DNA of 64,000 bases from an uncultured Planctomycetota bacterium (GCA_963823665.1 CAWGMQ010000006.1:1568001-1632000); one strand, 5' to 3'; positions 1 to 11,500 are shown, counted from the first letter of the stretch. Translations and numbers: made by a program. The notes: generated by a model not told the origin, from the letters alone.

Positions 1-1322
<1,322 letters not shown>

Positions 1323-1329
1323 GAAAGCG

Positions 1330-1794
1330 GTGGTTGCGATGGCGGCGGAAGCGGATGCAGTGGGTGAAGAGAAGCGGTCCTTGCACAAAGGCGGGAAGAA
1401 GCTCCAGTGCGTGGTGGTGACGCCTGAGAAAACGTTGTTCGACGAGTGGGTTGACTTCGTCGCTCTGCCGCTTTTCGACGGCGAGCTGGGCGTCATGCCG
1501 GGCCGGGCTCCGCTGATCGGGCGGCTGGGTTTCGGCGAGCTGAGAACGAAGGTGGCCTCGGAAACGCACTGCTACTTCGTCGACGGCGGCTTCGCACAGG
1601 TGCGCAACAATGTCGTCACGGTGTTGACCCAGCGTGCCATCCCCGCTGCGCAGCTTGACGCAACGGCGGCCGCGCGCGATCTTGAAGTCATCGGGCAGCA
1701 GTCGGCCGTCACGGACGCCGAATACAGCGAGCACGTGAAAGCCGTTTCACGCGTCCGCGGGATGATTCGGGTGGCCGAGCACAAGGCGAAGTGA
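1330..1794 (+). CDS. atpC: F0F1 ATP synthase subunit epsilon
   Basis: VVVTPEK..LP..DGELGVMPGRAPL..FVDGGFAQV motif; directly follows atpD. Confidence 0.93.
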   Translation: MVAMAAEADAVGEEKRSLHKGGKKLQCVVVTPEKTLFDEWVDFVALPLFDGELGVMPGRAPLIGRLGFGELRTKVASETHCYFVDGGFAQVRNNVVTVLTQRAIPAAQLDATAAARDLEVIGQQSAVTDAEYSEHVKAVSRVRGMIRVAEHKAK

Positions 1795-1881
1795 AGTGCG
1801 TCTCTCCGCCAGATGCCTTTCGCCCGCCGCGGAGGCACGATCAAGCTGCAAGAGGCTTGGTCGCCGTCTATCGATTGGTAT

Positions 1882-2139
1882 TCACGTCGGCCCGTTATCG
1901 CGGCGAGGGACGGCTTCGATCGATTCGATGCGTACGATGTGCAGAAGGTCGACGGTCACGGAACGCTCGAACAGCCGGTCGGGATCGTCGGGTGCGGCGA
2001 TTCCGATGAGTGCCGATCGACGGCCGGCCATGCACAACTCTGGGTGTCGAATCTCGTAGGTGCTGCCTTCGGTGAGGGTCATCCGAAAAGGCACGAAGGG
2101 CCGGCGGCGCAGAGCGGAGGCAAGTTCTTCCGGAGCCAA
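1882..2139 (-). CDS. Conserved small hypothetical protein (RRPFVPFR..LTEG..YEIRHPE type)
   Basis: C-terminal part of ORF 1882-2292; TTG start at 2139 preceded by GGAG; motif typical of small planctomycete proteins. Confidence 0.7.
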   Translation of the reverse strand: MAPEELASALRRRPFVPFRMTLTEGSTYEIRHPELCMAGRRSALIGIAAPDDPDRLFERSVTVDLLHIVRIESIEAVPRRDNGPT

Positions 2140-2362
2140 CGGAGTGCTCTCCAAAGGAATTTGATGCGAGTGTGGTCGCGAGACGACTTCCAGCGATTCA
2201 GCCAATGAAGTCTTTCTCCCTCGCATCTCGCTCCACCACAAGATTATAGTGAGAAACTCCCGGCACGACGAGGAGCAGAAGGCGGTGGGCATGCAGGTGT
2301 GACCCTGCGTGCGATCGTCGAGCAGGAGAAACGGTTCCTGACACCTTTATCGTTGGGCCTTT

Positions 2363-3124
2363 ATGAAAAGGAAAGACGTCCACCGATGGTTCAGGCCGGT
2401 GCGCGCGCCGATGTCGTTCGCGTCGTACACGCGGCTGCCGCGGCATCCGGCGTACAAATTCGAATACTGGGATGGCCAACTGCGGATCACGCCGCGGTGG
2501 AACAGCCATGCGATGTTCCTGCGGCTCTCGTCTCCGGAGGAGGCCGTGTTTCCTGAGCTGGAATACGCTTCCATCCGGCCGCTAGAGAGCAGCGACTGGG
2601 ATGTGTTGCCGGAGGTGCTGGCGTTTGCATTCGCGAATGTGCCGCCGCTGAGTGTGCTCAGCGGCCGACGGCGGGTGTGGGCCTCGCGCGACTGGCTATG
2701 GTCGACGCGAGACGGCGCCGAGGGCCGGCTCGTTGAGCCGGCGTGTGTCGTGGCTGTCGACCGCAAAGACAGCACGCGGGTGCTCGGTGCGCTCATCGTG
2801 ACGGTGATGGCTGGGTTTACTCGCTCGTGGTACGTGCGGCGGCGGCTTGCGGTGCCCCCGCCTGCGCCGGATCTGGCCGAGGGCGGGGAACAACCGCAGA
2901 TCAGTTGGGTGTTCGTCCATCCGGCGGACTCCGGCCAGGGAGCCGGAAGGGCGCTTCTGGCGACGGCCGCGAGATCGCTCTGGATCTCGGGCTACCGCGA
3001 GCTGGCGTCGGCGACCGACTGCGGCAACGTCACGAGCATGGCATGGCACTGGCGCAATGGGTTCGTTCTGTTGCCGCATCGATCCGATGTGAGCGTCTCG
3101 GACTCACTTCGCCGCGGGGAGTAA
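2363..3124 (+). CDS. GNAT family N-acetyltransferase
   Basis: VFVHP...GQGAGRALL acetyl-CoA-binding motif and N..SMAWHWRNGF. Confidence 0.8.
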   Translation: MKRKDVHRWFRPVRAPMSFASYTRLPRHPAYKFEYWDGQLRITPRWNSHAMFLRLSSPEEAVFPELEYASIRPLESSDWDVLPEVLAFAFANVPPLSVLSGRRRVWASRDWLWSTRDGAEGRLVEPACVVAVDRKDSTRVLGALIVTVMAGFTRSWYVRRRLAVPPPAPDLAEGGEQPQISWVFVHPADSGQGAGRALLATAARSLWISGYRELASATDCGNVTSMAWHWRNGFVLLPHRSDVSVSDSLRRGE

Positions 3125-4077
3125 ATCCGCGGTGGATTCGATGGTCAGGTCGACCGAGCCGGGGAGTTCCATATTCATGATTGAGAAGGTCATTTTGTCT
3201 CCCTTGATGCGGATGGATCCCCGCGAGCTGACGACGTGGCCTGCTTCACGGTCGAAGAGGATCGTTCCGCCGGAGGACTCGACCTTGACGTCGCTCTTGA
3301 TGAGCTTGAGGGCGCCTCGGCAGCGGGATCTTGCTTCAACTCGGCCTTGGTTGTCTTGCTGGTGATCTTGTCGAGCGTCTTGTCGCCCACTTTCTCGGTA
3401 CCGGCGTACTCGTACTTCTTCTCGAACGTGAGGGTTTGACCGCTACCGACGTCGAGGACCTCGGTGCGCTCCCACGACTCGCCGGGCCGGGCGAGGACGT
3501 CCGGCAGGTGGCGCAGCTCTTGCTCAAATGCCTTCTTCAGCACGTCGGGCTGGAGCCGGCTGCGGACCGCGCTTTTGGCTTGATCGCTGAGTTTGTCGGC
3601 TTTTTCCAGGAGCTTCTCCGAGCCTTCGATCGCCTTGACCTTGTACTCTTTGTCGAGCACGACCGTATAGCTGGCTTCCGCGCTCAGTTTGAACACCTCT
3701 GCGAGGAACTCCAGTTGGGGGTTGTCGACTTTGAAGTTCGGGTCGCTCGAGTCGTAGTTGACGGTAATGCCCATCGGCAGCGAAAGGTCGATCTTGAGCG
3801 AATCGATTTTCTGTTCGATGGGCAGGCTCGAATCGTCGCGTTTCTTGCCGACAGTGCTCGAAGCGATGACGGTTTGAGTGGACTTGGTCTCGATCTCCTG
3901 CCCGGCGATGGTGAGCACCTGCGACGTCGTGGACGTCGTCTTGTATTTGAGCGATCTCCCCTCGGGGAATTTGTGTTCGAGCTTGACCTGGGCCTGGGCT
4001 GCTTGTGCCCAGGTGAGCGCCAGGCACAGGAGGCCGACACCCGTTACTAGCCACTTGCCCTTTGGGCGAATTTTCAC
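3104..4077 (-). CDS. Secreted DUF6263-like protein (one frameshift near 3312)
   Basis: GTG start with GGAGG; signal peptide ending AQA-Q; VKLEHKFPEG and PGESWERT; C-terminus continues in another frame (...GTILFDREAG...LLPAAK*). Confidence 0.7.
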
Positions 4078-4354
4078 GAAGCACCTCCAGAAGTCGAATG
4101 CAGGAATCTTGGTGACGCGAGCGCGCACGATGCGACTCGTGGCTCGAATTGCGGAATAAAGCGGTTGCGTAGGAATTTCAACAGGACAGGACGGCATCTC
4201 CCGACGATCTCTGCGGATATTCGCCGGAAGCTCCATCATATTACGCGTGTCGGACAAGCACGTGAAGAGACGCGGTCGCCGCGGTTGCCGCCGGGTTCCG
4301 GTGCAATGTGCTTGCCGAAGGGAGTACGTGCTTCGGACGAAAGGAAAAGAGGGG

Positions 4355-4460
4355 CTCGCGCAAAGTCGCAAAGTCGCAAAGTCGCAAAGGGGGGAAGGCA
4401 CAAATGAACGGAGAAGACGGGATCACGCAAAGTCGCAAAGGGGTCGAAGGCGCAAAGGAG
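4355..4460. repeat. CGCAAAGT octamer tandem tract
   Basis: (CGCAAAGT)x3 at 4359-4382 plus further copies to ~4457; a related tract lies at 5729-5830. Confidence 0.85.
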
Positions 4461-4507
4461 CGACAATATCCGTGGGATCGGGTTCTGGTTGTTCGGGAGT
4501 TGAGCCG

Positions 4508-4638
4508 ATGCCCGGGCAGGTCGAGGGGCTCGGGATCACGGAGGAACAGCGGCCGCGGACTGCCGAGGCCATCGCCGAGTGGCTTCTGTGGTTTGATTCG
4601 ATCGAGCCCATCGAGATGACGCCGGAGGAAGAAGCAGG
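4508..4638 (+). pseudogene. Fragment of a small antitoxin-like gene, copy 1
   Basis: MPGQVEGLGITEEQRPRTAEAIAEWLLWFDSIEPIEMTPEEEA; near-duplicate at 5887-6008. Confidence 0.45.
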
Positions 4639-4865
4639 TAGCCGAATCCTTACTTGGTCTCGGGGTGCTTTCTCGTGAGGAACAGGGCTAAACGCCCGTC
4701 AAGGAACGCGGGACTCACCCAAAAGTCGGTCTGTTTGACTTTTTCGAAGGCGTCACCCAGGTTCAGAAGACCCTGGTCGGCTGCTGCCTCCAAGATGCCA
4801 ATCGTGCCGATCACGTGTATGCCGCGGTCCTTGGCCGCCTTCCTGTCGAACGGTGCCTGACACCT

Positions 4866-4976
4866 TTATCCGAAGAATGGACGCTGCAACGCACTGAGCG
4901 CACCCGTCACGACGGCGAGCGCCGCGATGGCGATCATGATCGTGCGGCTTCGGAGACGGATAAGCGGCATCGGCAT
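4866..4976 (-). pseudogene. N-terminal fragment of an R-x-R-T-I-M-I-A type membrane-anchored protein
   Basis: MPMPLIRLRSRTIMIAIAALAVV...; its stop codon lies inside the 4848-4872 repeat copy. Confidence 0.35.
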
Positions 4977-5022
4977 GGGCAGCACGTCCTGGGAACCCGA
5001 GGCCGGCGTCCATCGACTTCGC

Positions 5023-5217
5023 TCATCCCGGGTGCGGATGATGATGATGCGGCTTATGTTCTGCGTGGTTCGACTTGTCTTTTTCAACAATCATGTTCAA
5101 AAAAACACCGTGCCCGCCGGCGATCGAGCGAAGCTCCTCCGCCGTCAAGTCCACCGTCTCTTGGGGGTCCTGCGTTTCCTGCGCCATTCGGCTTTTTTGA
5201 GCGGATTCATTGCCCAT
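5023..5217 (-). CDS. 64-aa peptide with double-glycine-type leader and His-rich tail
   Basis: GGAGG upstream of the ATG at 5217; DLTAEELRSIAGG followed by HGVF...HKPHHHHPHPG. Confidence 0.6.
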   Translation of the reverse strand: MGNESAQKSRMAQETQDPQETVDLTAEELRSIAGGHGVFLNMIVEKDKSNHAEHKPHHHHPHPG

Positions 5218-5496
5218 GGCTGGCCGCCTCCCGGTCAAGAGGAAAGGTACGAGCGAGCGCCGTGCTCCGTGGCACAATTCGAGCACACGGGTCAAGTTTA
5301 CCCCATGAACGGCCCTGACTCAACATCCGAAGCCATTTGCAGAAACTCGCCGACTTTCCTTTCGGCCGAAGCGACAGCAATAATACGCACCGAGGCCGCA
5401 TTTTCTGCGTTGGCCCGGCATACCCGAATCAATCGTCGTCGTCTTGCGCGCAAGGTGCACCAGGGATGCTCGACTCGAGGGGCAAGTGATGAAGAC

Positions 5497-5676
5497 TCAG
5501 CCCGCGAGACAGACACCACCGCGGGGATCACTGCCGGTCAGATTGAGCGTGAAGGTGCCGGTGGAGCTATTCACCGCGCTCGGGTTAGTGCCAGTCGTGG
5601 TGTCGACCGCGGTGACCGGCGGGGTCAGGTTGGGAAGATAGGTGCTGGCTTCGATCGTGGGTGTCTTGACTTCGCG
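5497..5676 (-). pseudogene. Orphan internal fragment of a large secreted RHS/FN3-type protein
   Basis: REVKTPTIEASTYLPNLTPPVTAVDTTTGTNPS..TFTLNLTGSDP resembles the NVQPTPTTAQATTYL...VTLSWKGSP junction of the RHS protein; no start codon. Confidence 0.55.
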
Positions 5677-5728
5677 CCAAGGGACGAAATCGCATGGGCG
5701 GGGTGGTTGAAATGAAAGGGCAAAATGG

Positions 5729-5830
5729 GCTCACGCAAAGGCGCAAAGTCGCAAAGGGGGAAACGCAAATGAAAGGGCAAGATGGGCTCACGCGAAGTCG
5801 GAAAGGCGCAAAGGTGGGGAAGGTGCAAGG
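5729..5830. repeat. Second CGCAAAG-type tract
   Basis: cacgcaaaggcgcaaagtcgcaaagggggaa..caaatgaa matches 4355-4410. Confidence 0.8.
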
Positions 5831-5886
5831 GAGCGAGAATGGCTGTGGATTAGGAGACTGCTTGTTCGTGAGTTGAGTCTGTTCGT

Positions 5887-6008
5887 GGCCAGGTCGAGGG
5901 GCTCGAGATCACAGCGGAACAGTGACCGCGGAGTTCCGAAGCCATCGCCGGGTGGCTTGAGTGGTTTGATTCGATTGAGCCCATCGAGATGTCGCCGGAG
6001 GAAGAAGC
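5887..6008 (+). pseudogene. Fragment of a small antitoxin-like gene, copy 2 (internal TGA)
   Basis: Aligns with 4514-4638; has CAG TGA CCG where copy 1 has CAG CGG CCG. Confidence 0.45.
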
Positions 6009-6216
6009 TACTTGGCGATCCGCCAGAGATGCTCTCGCCATGTAGACCGGGTTGACGACGAGCTTCGGTGGCGAGAAGGGTTCCCGACACACCTTTATCG
6101 CCTGTGGCGAAATCGCGGATTTTGCACAGAAGCTAACGGAGGTAACGAAGAAAACGGGACAGGAGAGGGAACGGTGTTTGAACGCAGACGGTGCATGGCG
6201 GCTGATCTGAGGGAGA

Positions 6217-6708
6217 TCATCCCAGGGAAAGACCGGACTTCAGCTTGTGCCCCTTTGCGCGGGTGGCCAGAGTCAGGTCGAGGGCGGAGATTGTGCCGTC
6301 GCCGTTGACGTCGGCGCCAAGCGGCGCGAGGCCTGTCGGGTTTGAGAGATTGATTTCGGCGGCGATTTCGTTCAGGTCGTTGTTGTCTACCGCGCCGTCT
6401 CCCGAGACGTCGCCGAGCAGGCGGTAGAAGTGGTGGACGGCGGTCGCTCCGCTCGGGAGCTTGATATCGAGCTCGTAGTAGCCGTCGGCCGTCGTCGTGT
6501 TGGGGCTGCCGCTCAAGCCGTTTGCGCCGAAGTCGAGCTCGATCGCGTGGTCGATCAGTGGGACGTTGACGTTGGCGAGCGAGACGGGCGCTTTGCTCGA
6601 GGCGTCGTCGTTCAGGTCGTACTGGTAGAGCTGGATGTCAGGTGATGCGGTCTTGAGGGAGTTGACGATCTGGGTGAGCTCGCCGCCGGACTGGGTGTCT
6701 GACTCGTT
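6217..6708 (-). pseudogene. Orphan C-terminal fragment with a dockerin-like domain
   Basis: FYRLLGDVSGDGAVDNNDL...GADVNGDGTISALDL duplicated Ca-binding motifs; no credible own start, fused to an unrelated fragment. Confidence 0.75.
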
Positions 6709-6711
6709 CTT

Positions 6712-6853
6712 AGTTCGTTCCGCCGGCGGCTGAGGATCACGTCGAAGTGGTTCAAGACGTCGCGTCCAAGGATGCTCAAGTCGGTCACGGTAGGGTCGAC
6801 GAACGCCGCGAACTCGCCGCGGACGTGGGCGGGACCGCCGTCTTCGCGGATCA
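6712..6853 (-). pseudogene. C-terminal remnant of a retropepsin-like aspartyl protease
   Basis: ...DLSILGRDVLNHFDVIL carries the ILGRDxL motif; the catalytic DTG half is absent. Confidence 0.55.
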
Positions 6854-7141
6854 GTTTGCATAAATCCGAGGCCCTTGTCCGGGGAAGACATACTGGCTCA
6901 AAGCGCCGTCGTCTTCGGGGTGGGCCGCCCGTGCCATGGCCCAGGCCTCTTCTGGAGTGGCGGCGATGAACGCTTCCTGACCGGCCACGGCGACGAACTT
7001 GCCTCGCGCCTCGGGCAACAGATCCGCCCAGTGCGATTGCAGCCAGTCGCTGTTGCGCCTGGCTCGCTCGTCCTGAGCCTTGCACCGCGCGACCTGAATG
7101 GGCTCGTTCACTTCTTCGATCTGAAAAACGGGCTCACTCAT
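6851..7141 (-). CDS. Small DUF5678-like protein (usual partner of retropepsin-like genes)
   Basis: MSEPVFQIEEV...WLQSHWADL..RGKFVAVAGQE..AATPEEAW. Confidence 0.6.
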   Translation of the reverse strand: MSEPVFQIEEVNEPIQVARCKAQDERARRNSDWLQSHWADLLPEARGKFVAVAGQEAFIAATPEEAWAMARAAHPEDDGALSQYVFPGQGPRIYAN

Positions 7142-7366
7142 GGCTTGACTCCGCTTGCCAGCCTTCCGCATCCAAGACTCCGCGGCGTTCAGCCGTTGGC
7201 GTCTATCGTTCGTCTTCAATGACTCTGTATGCGAACGCGGCCGACCGGTAGCTCGGACAGACAGCGCGCGAAGTTGCGAGCAGGTAAATACTGCGCCTAG
7301 GTCGGCGCGGCGGCGAGAACGATTCCTGACACGTTTATCGGAGAAGGGCCGTGCTGGAGCGGGGGA

Positions 7367-7388
7367 GTCAGGCTAAAGCCTAACCTAC
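7367..7388 (-). repeat. GTAG-type REP-like palindrome
   Basis: GTAG-GTTAGGC-TTTA-GCCTGAC on the minus strand; second copy at 22897-22918. Confidence 0.7.
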
Positions 7389-7502
7389 AATTACAATCGG
7401 TTCCGTGGATCCACTAAGAACGGCTCCTGACACCTTTAGCTGGCTGACACCTTTAGCTGGCACCAGGCGTTCGGGATGCGGCGACCGAACGAACAAACAC
7501 GG

Positions 7503-7736
7503 CATGGAGAGCGGGCTGACGATGAGGTTCGGTGGCGAGAACGGTTCCTGCGGCGTTTATCCGGGGGCGGGATAGAAATCTTCAACCACGGATAGCACGG
7601 ACGGGCACGGATGGGAAGCAAGCTGAATAACGGTTCGTGACGCCTGATCGGTCGGTTTCTCGCAGCAGGCCGTGGTTGAAATGGTCGCGGATTGTTTTGG
7701 TCAAGCCCGCGAGGGCGTTCTGGTTGAGCAGGGCGT
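7503..7736 (-). repeat. Diverged duplicate of the RHS gene 3' end plus downstream sequence
   Basis: Aligns with 8417-8651; encodes LLNQNALAGLTKTIRDHFNHGLLRETD versus ...RQHLNHGLLREPD*. Confidence 0.9.
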
Positions 7737-7770
7737 GAAGACGCTTGCCAGCGCGTTTGTTCACCCGGTA

Positions 7771-7981
7771 TCAGGGTTCGCCCGCGGACTGCAGGATCTG
7801 TGCTCGTAACGAGGCAGAAATGAAAAAACCGAGTTCGCGCTCGAGTCGATCGATGCTTGGCGCGACGGCGGTGATCAACCCGCGCTGCTTGGCGCGAACG
7901 AGGGTGCCGAGAACGCCGATCGGCAGCAAGCCAAGCCGCTTGGCCATTGCGCGTCCTGCACGCTCGTGGATCGTGACAAGG
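7771..7981 (-). pseudogene. DUF3368 (PIN-like toxin) C-terminal half only
   Basis: ERAGRAMAKRLGL..IGVLGTLVRAKQRGLI...FFISASL; the N-terminal acidic PIN motif is missing. Confidence 0.7.
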
Positions 7982-8227
7982 TCAGATCCCCAGCTTATCA
8001 AGTGCGGCGATGTCGTCGGCGAGATCGCTCTCGTCCGGACGATAAATTGCGATCTGGCGGTCGTTGAGCGCTTGCTCGAACGCGACTCGATTCATGCCAG
8101 CGAGCTTTGCCGCAGGCCAGAGAGCGAGCTTCCCGGCGGCGAACAGTCGACACGCGATTTCGACCAGAGCTTCATGTTCGGTCAATCCAGCGTCTCGCAA
8201 CGTTTCGTCGGAAATGACGACGGGCAT
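7982..8227 (-). CDS. UPF0175 family antitoxin-like protein
   Basis: EIACRLFAAGKLALWPAAKLAGMNRVAFEQAL..RQI; adjacent to the DUF3368 remnant. Confidence 0.85.
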   Translation of the reverse strand: MPVVISDETLRDAGLTEHEALVEIACRLFAAGKLALWPAAKLAGMNRVAFEQALNDRQIAIYRPDESDLADDIAALDKLGI

Positions 8228-8562
8228 TGGGACCTCGGAGCTTTGTGGCAGATTGCGGATATCCTCCTTTGATGATATCGCGGCGAGCGCGCGTTCGACC
8301 AGACGGGTGGTGCGTTACGCCAGCGAATCGGTGCGTACGGCGTGATCTGTTCCTTGTGAGTTTGAGAGCACGACCGAATGTATGCTGTTGGCGAGCCGTC
8401 AGAGATGCTTTCAAGCCATGTAGGCCGGGCCGACGACGAGCTTCGGTGGCGAAAAGGGTTTCTGAGGCATTTTTCGGGGGGCATGACAGGAATCTTCAAC
8501 CATGGACAGCACGGACGGGCACGGATGGGGAGCAATCTGAACAATGGTTCGTGACGCGTTTA

Positions 8563-11500
8563 TCAGTCGGGTTCGCGCAGCAGGCCGTGGTTGAGGTGTT
8601 GGCGGATTGTTTTGGTCAGCCCGGCGAGGGCGTTTTGGTTGAGCAGGGCGTCGATCATTGTGGAGGCTGGGTTGTTGGCCTGGGTGCGGGCTCGGATGGA
8701 GGATGCCACTGCGTTCAGTTTGACACCGCTGCGGGAGAGGATGGCGACTGCGTTGCTCCCGGGTTGGCCGTTGTTGGCGCCGCTTATGGCGCGGCCGTAG
8801 GTGTCTTGCAAGGCGGAGAGGCCTGTGCCGTAGACCAGGAGCTGGACTGGCTTGGTGAGGGCGAAGGGCTTCTTGGGGGTGAGGGCTACGGTGTTGCTCG
8901 AGGCGGTGTAGACGGCCGAGCGGAGCTTGATGATGGCGGCGTTCTTGGTTGTGTAGGAGCCGTGCTTTCCGGGCGTTGCCAGGTGGTAGGTTGCGAGCTG
9001 GTTGGCCTGGGCGGCGTTGACCGGGCCGGTGAACTTGACGAGGACCTCGGTCACCTGGTGTTTCTTGTTCAGCATGTCGGAGACCTTGGCCAGCGTGACC
9101 AGCGGCGGGATGGTCGTTGTTGCCTGTGCGGCTTTCGGAGTCGTTTGGCGATCGCCGAGGTTGTCGGTCGCGACGCTGTAAAAAGCGTAGGTGTGGCCGT
9201 ACTGGCCGGTGAAGGTGGCGGAGGTTTGTGTGGTGTTTGAGAGGTACGGCGTGAACGGGGCGCCGTCTTCGGAGACGTAGATTGTGTATGAGGCGATGCG
9301 GGTGGCCCCCTGCCCTGGTGAGCCCTTCCAGCTTAGCGTGACGTTTGAGGTCCCGGTCGTGGCTGGTGGGGCGTTGACTGTGCTGGTGGGTAGGGCGGCG
9401 AGGTAGGTCGTGGCCTGGGCGGTGGTTGGTGTTGGCTGGACGTTGCCGACGTTGCTGGTGGCCACGCTGTAGAACCCGTAGGTGTGGCCGAACTGGCCGT
9501 TGAACGTTGCTGAGGTCTGCGTGGTGCCGGTGAGGAAGGGCGTGAAAGGTCCGCCGTCTTCAGAGACGAAGACGTTGTAGGTGGCGATTCCGGAGCCGGC
9601 GCCGTCGGAGCCGGACCAGGAGATTGGGAAGGTCGTTGTGGTCGTTGTCGCTGGGAGCGCGGTGACCGCGCTGGCGGGTGCGATTGCGTCGAACGTGTTG
9701 AGGACTTGTGGAGTGGCGAGCGGGGCATTGGTGTCGAAGACGACAACGGCCTGGGCGTTGATCTGGGTACCCGTTGTGACGCCGGCTTTGGGCCGAATCG
9801 TGTAGTTGACAGTCGCCTCGCCGCTCGGCGGGCTGGAATCGGGCGGAAGGAAGCCGGTGAAGATATCCGAGGGCAGGTCCCCCGTGGTCGGATCGACGGA
9901 GGTGAACGTCCAGGTGGCCACGCCGGTCGAGAAGTTGATCCCGGCTGTCACTTCGAGGTAAATCCCCAGCGTGCTGGTGAGGTCGAGCTGAGTGCTGTAC
10001 GAGCCGTCGTTGGGAGGCACGGCGTAGACCGTGCCGCCGATGCTGAAATCGCCCACCTGGAAGGTCGTCCAGTCGAGGCTCGGATCGAGCTGGTCGGTGA
10101 CGACGACCTGCTGCACCGGAATGTCGGCGGTCGGCTCGTTCGCAAACATAATGGTGTAGGGCAGGGTTTGGTCTGGCGTGATGAAGCCGCCTGTGCCGAA
10201 GCCTGCGGGACCGATCAGGTTGTTGGGGTCGCCATTCTTGAGGTGGGTGGAGTTTGAATACTTTACCGGTTTGAACGATTGCGCGAAACCCTTAAAGAAC
10301 CCAATCAATCCCGCAAGGAGCGCCACGGCGTTCCTGGGCGTCGGAGGAGACAAGGTCCTTCTCTGAGTATCTTCCAGAAACCGTTGACTTTTTCCCGCTG
10401 CCGGGGCAAGGACACCCCCCGTGGCGCCGATGTTGTTGTACTCCTCGAGATCCGGCCCCGGCGATGCATTTGGGTCTCCGGCCTCTTCTTGGGCGCTATG
10501 CAAAAGATTCCCGGCCTTGGTTAGAGCATTTCCCGCTTCCTCCCCGTGTTCTTCCGCCTCAACAGCCTGCCTCGCAGTGTTTGCCCAGTTCAACGTGTTC
10601 CAAAAAGTAGAGAGCCCGGGATTTGTGCTTGTGGATGCTGGCGCATCGGCTGGCTGGCTGGTGGGCTGAGGGCCGCCTGTATCGGAATTAGCGGGACTTG
10701 GCGCAACTCCAGCCCCGCCTTCGTCGCCCCACGATGGCCAATCGGCAGATTCGCCAAGTGGGTCGATTGTGTTAGTTGGAGTATTAAACGCGTACTGATA
10801 ATAATTGGCCTCGCCTCCCGCCAGGCCAATTGGATCGGGTTGCGTAAACCGACCGGTTGCACCGTCGTACCAGCGATTCCGCATGAAAAACTGCCCGCTG
10901 CCATCACTGGAGACACCGAATTGTCCGACGTAGGTAAACGGATTCGGCGTGCTCCCTGTCGCACTCAATTGCTCCCCGAAGGGCAGATAGCTATACGTGT
11001 TCAGCACAGCCCCATTCGCGCCGGTCAGCTCCGTCGTATTCCCTGTCAGATCGAAGTTGTAGTACGCCGCATTCCCCATCGCGTCGACCTGGCTCGTCAG
11101 CCCGATGCCCTGCGTATAATGGTCGATCAGGTTCCCGTTGGCGTCGAAGGTCCCTACGACGTTACCGATCCCCGTCGGGTCGATGAGGTACTGCGTCTCC
11201 TCGCCATTTTGCGTCTCCGCGATGAGGTTTCCGAGCGCGTCGTACTGGTAGGTCCAAGTTCCCTGCGGCGAGACAACGCTTACGGGCTGGCCCAGGTCGT
11301 TGTAGGAGTAGCTCGTGGTCCCCGAGCTGTCGGTCGACGAGGTGAGGTTCCCGTCCTTGTCGTAGGTGTACGTCGTCGATCCGACCTGCGTGTATTCATT
11401 CATGTCATTGGTCGTGTAGTTCGTCGTGACGCCATTGTCAGTCACGCCGACGCGGTTGCCGGCGGCATCGTACTGGTAGGTGATCGTCGAGCCGCCTGGA

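Larger units (their letters stand above)
2326..8565. repeat. Dispersed motif family GAGAACGGTTCCTGACACCTTTATC, about 9 variant copies
   Basis: Copies near 2326, 4848, 6073, 7315, 7418 (partly tandem), 7537, 7629, 8451 and 8543, all in the same orientation. Confidence 0.8.

Noticed and set aside
2326..8565. Integron cassette array
   Set aside because: I could not find paired RYYYAAC/GTTRRRY attC boxes or an integron integrase; the repeats are a different family.
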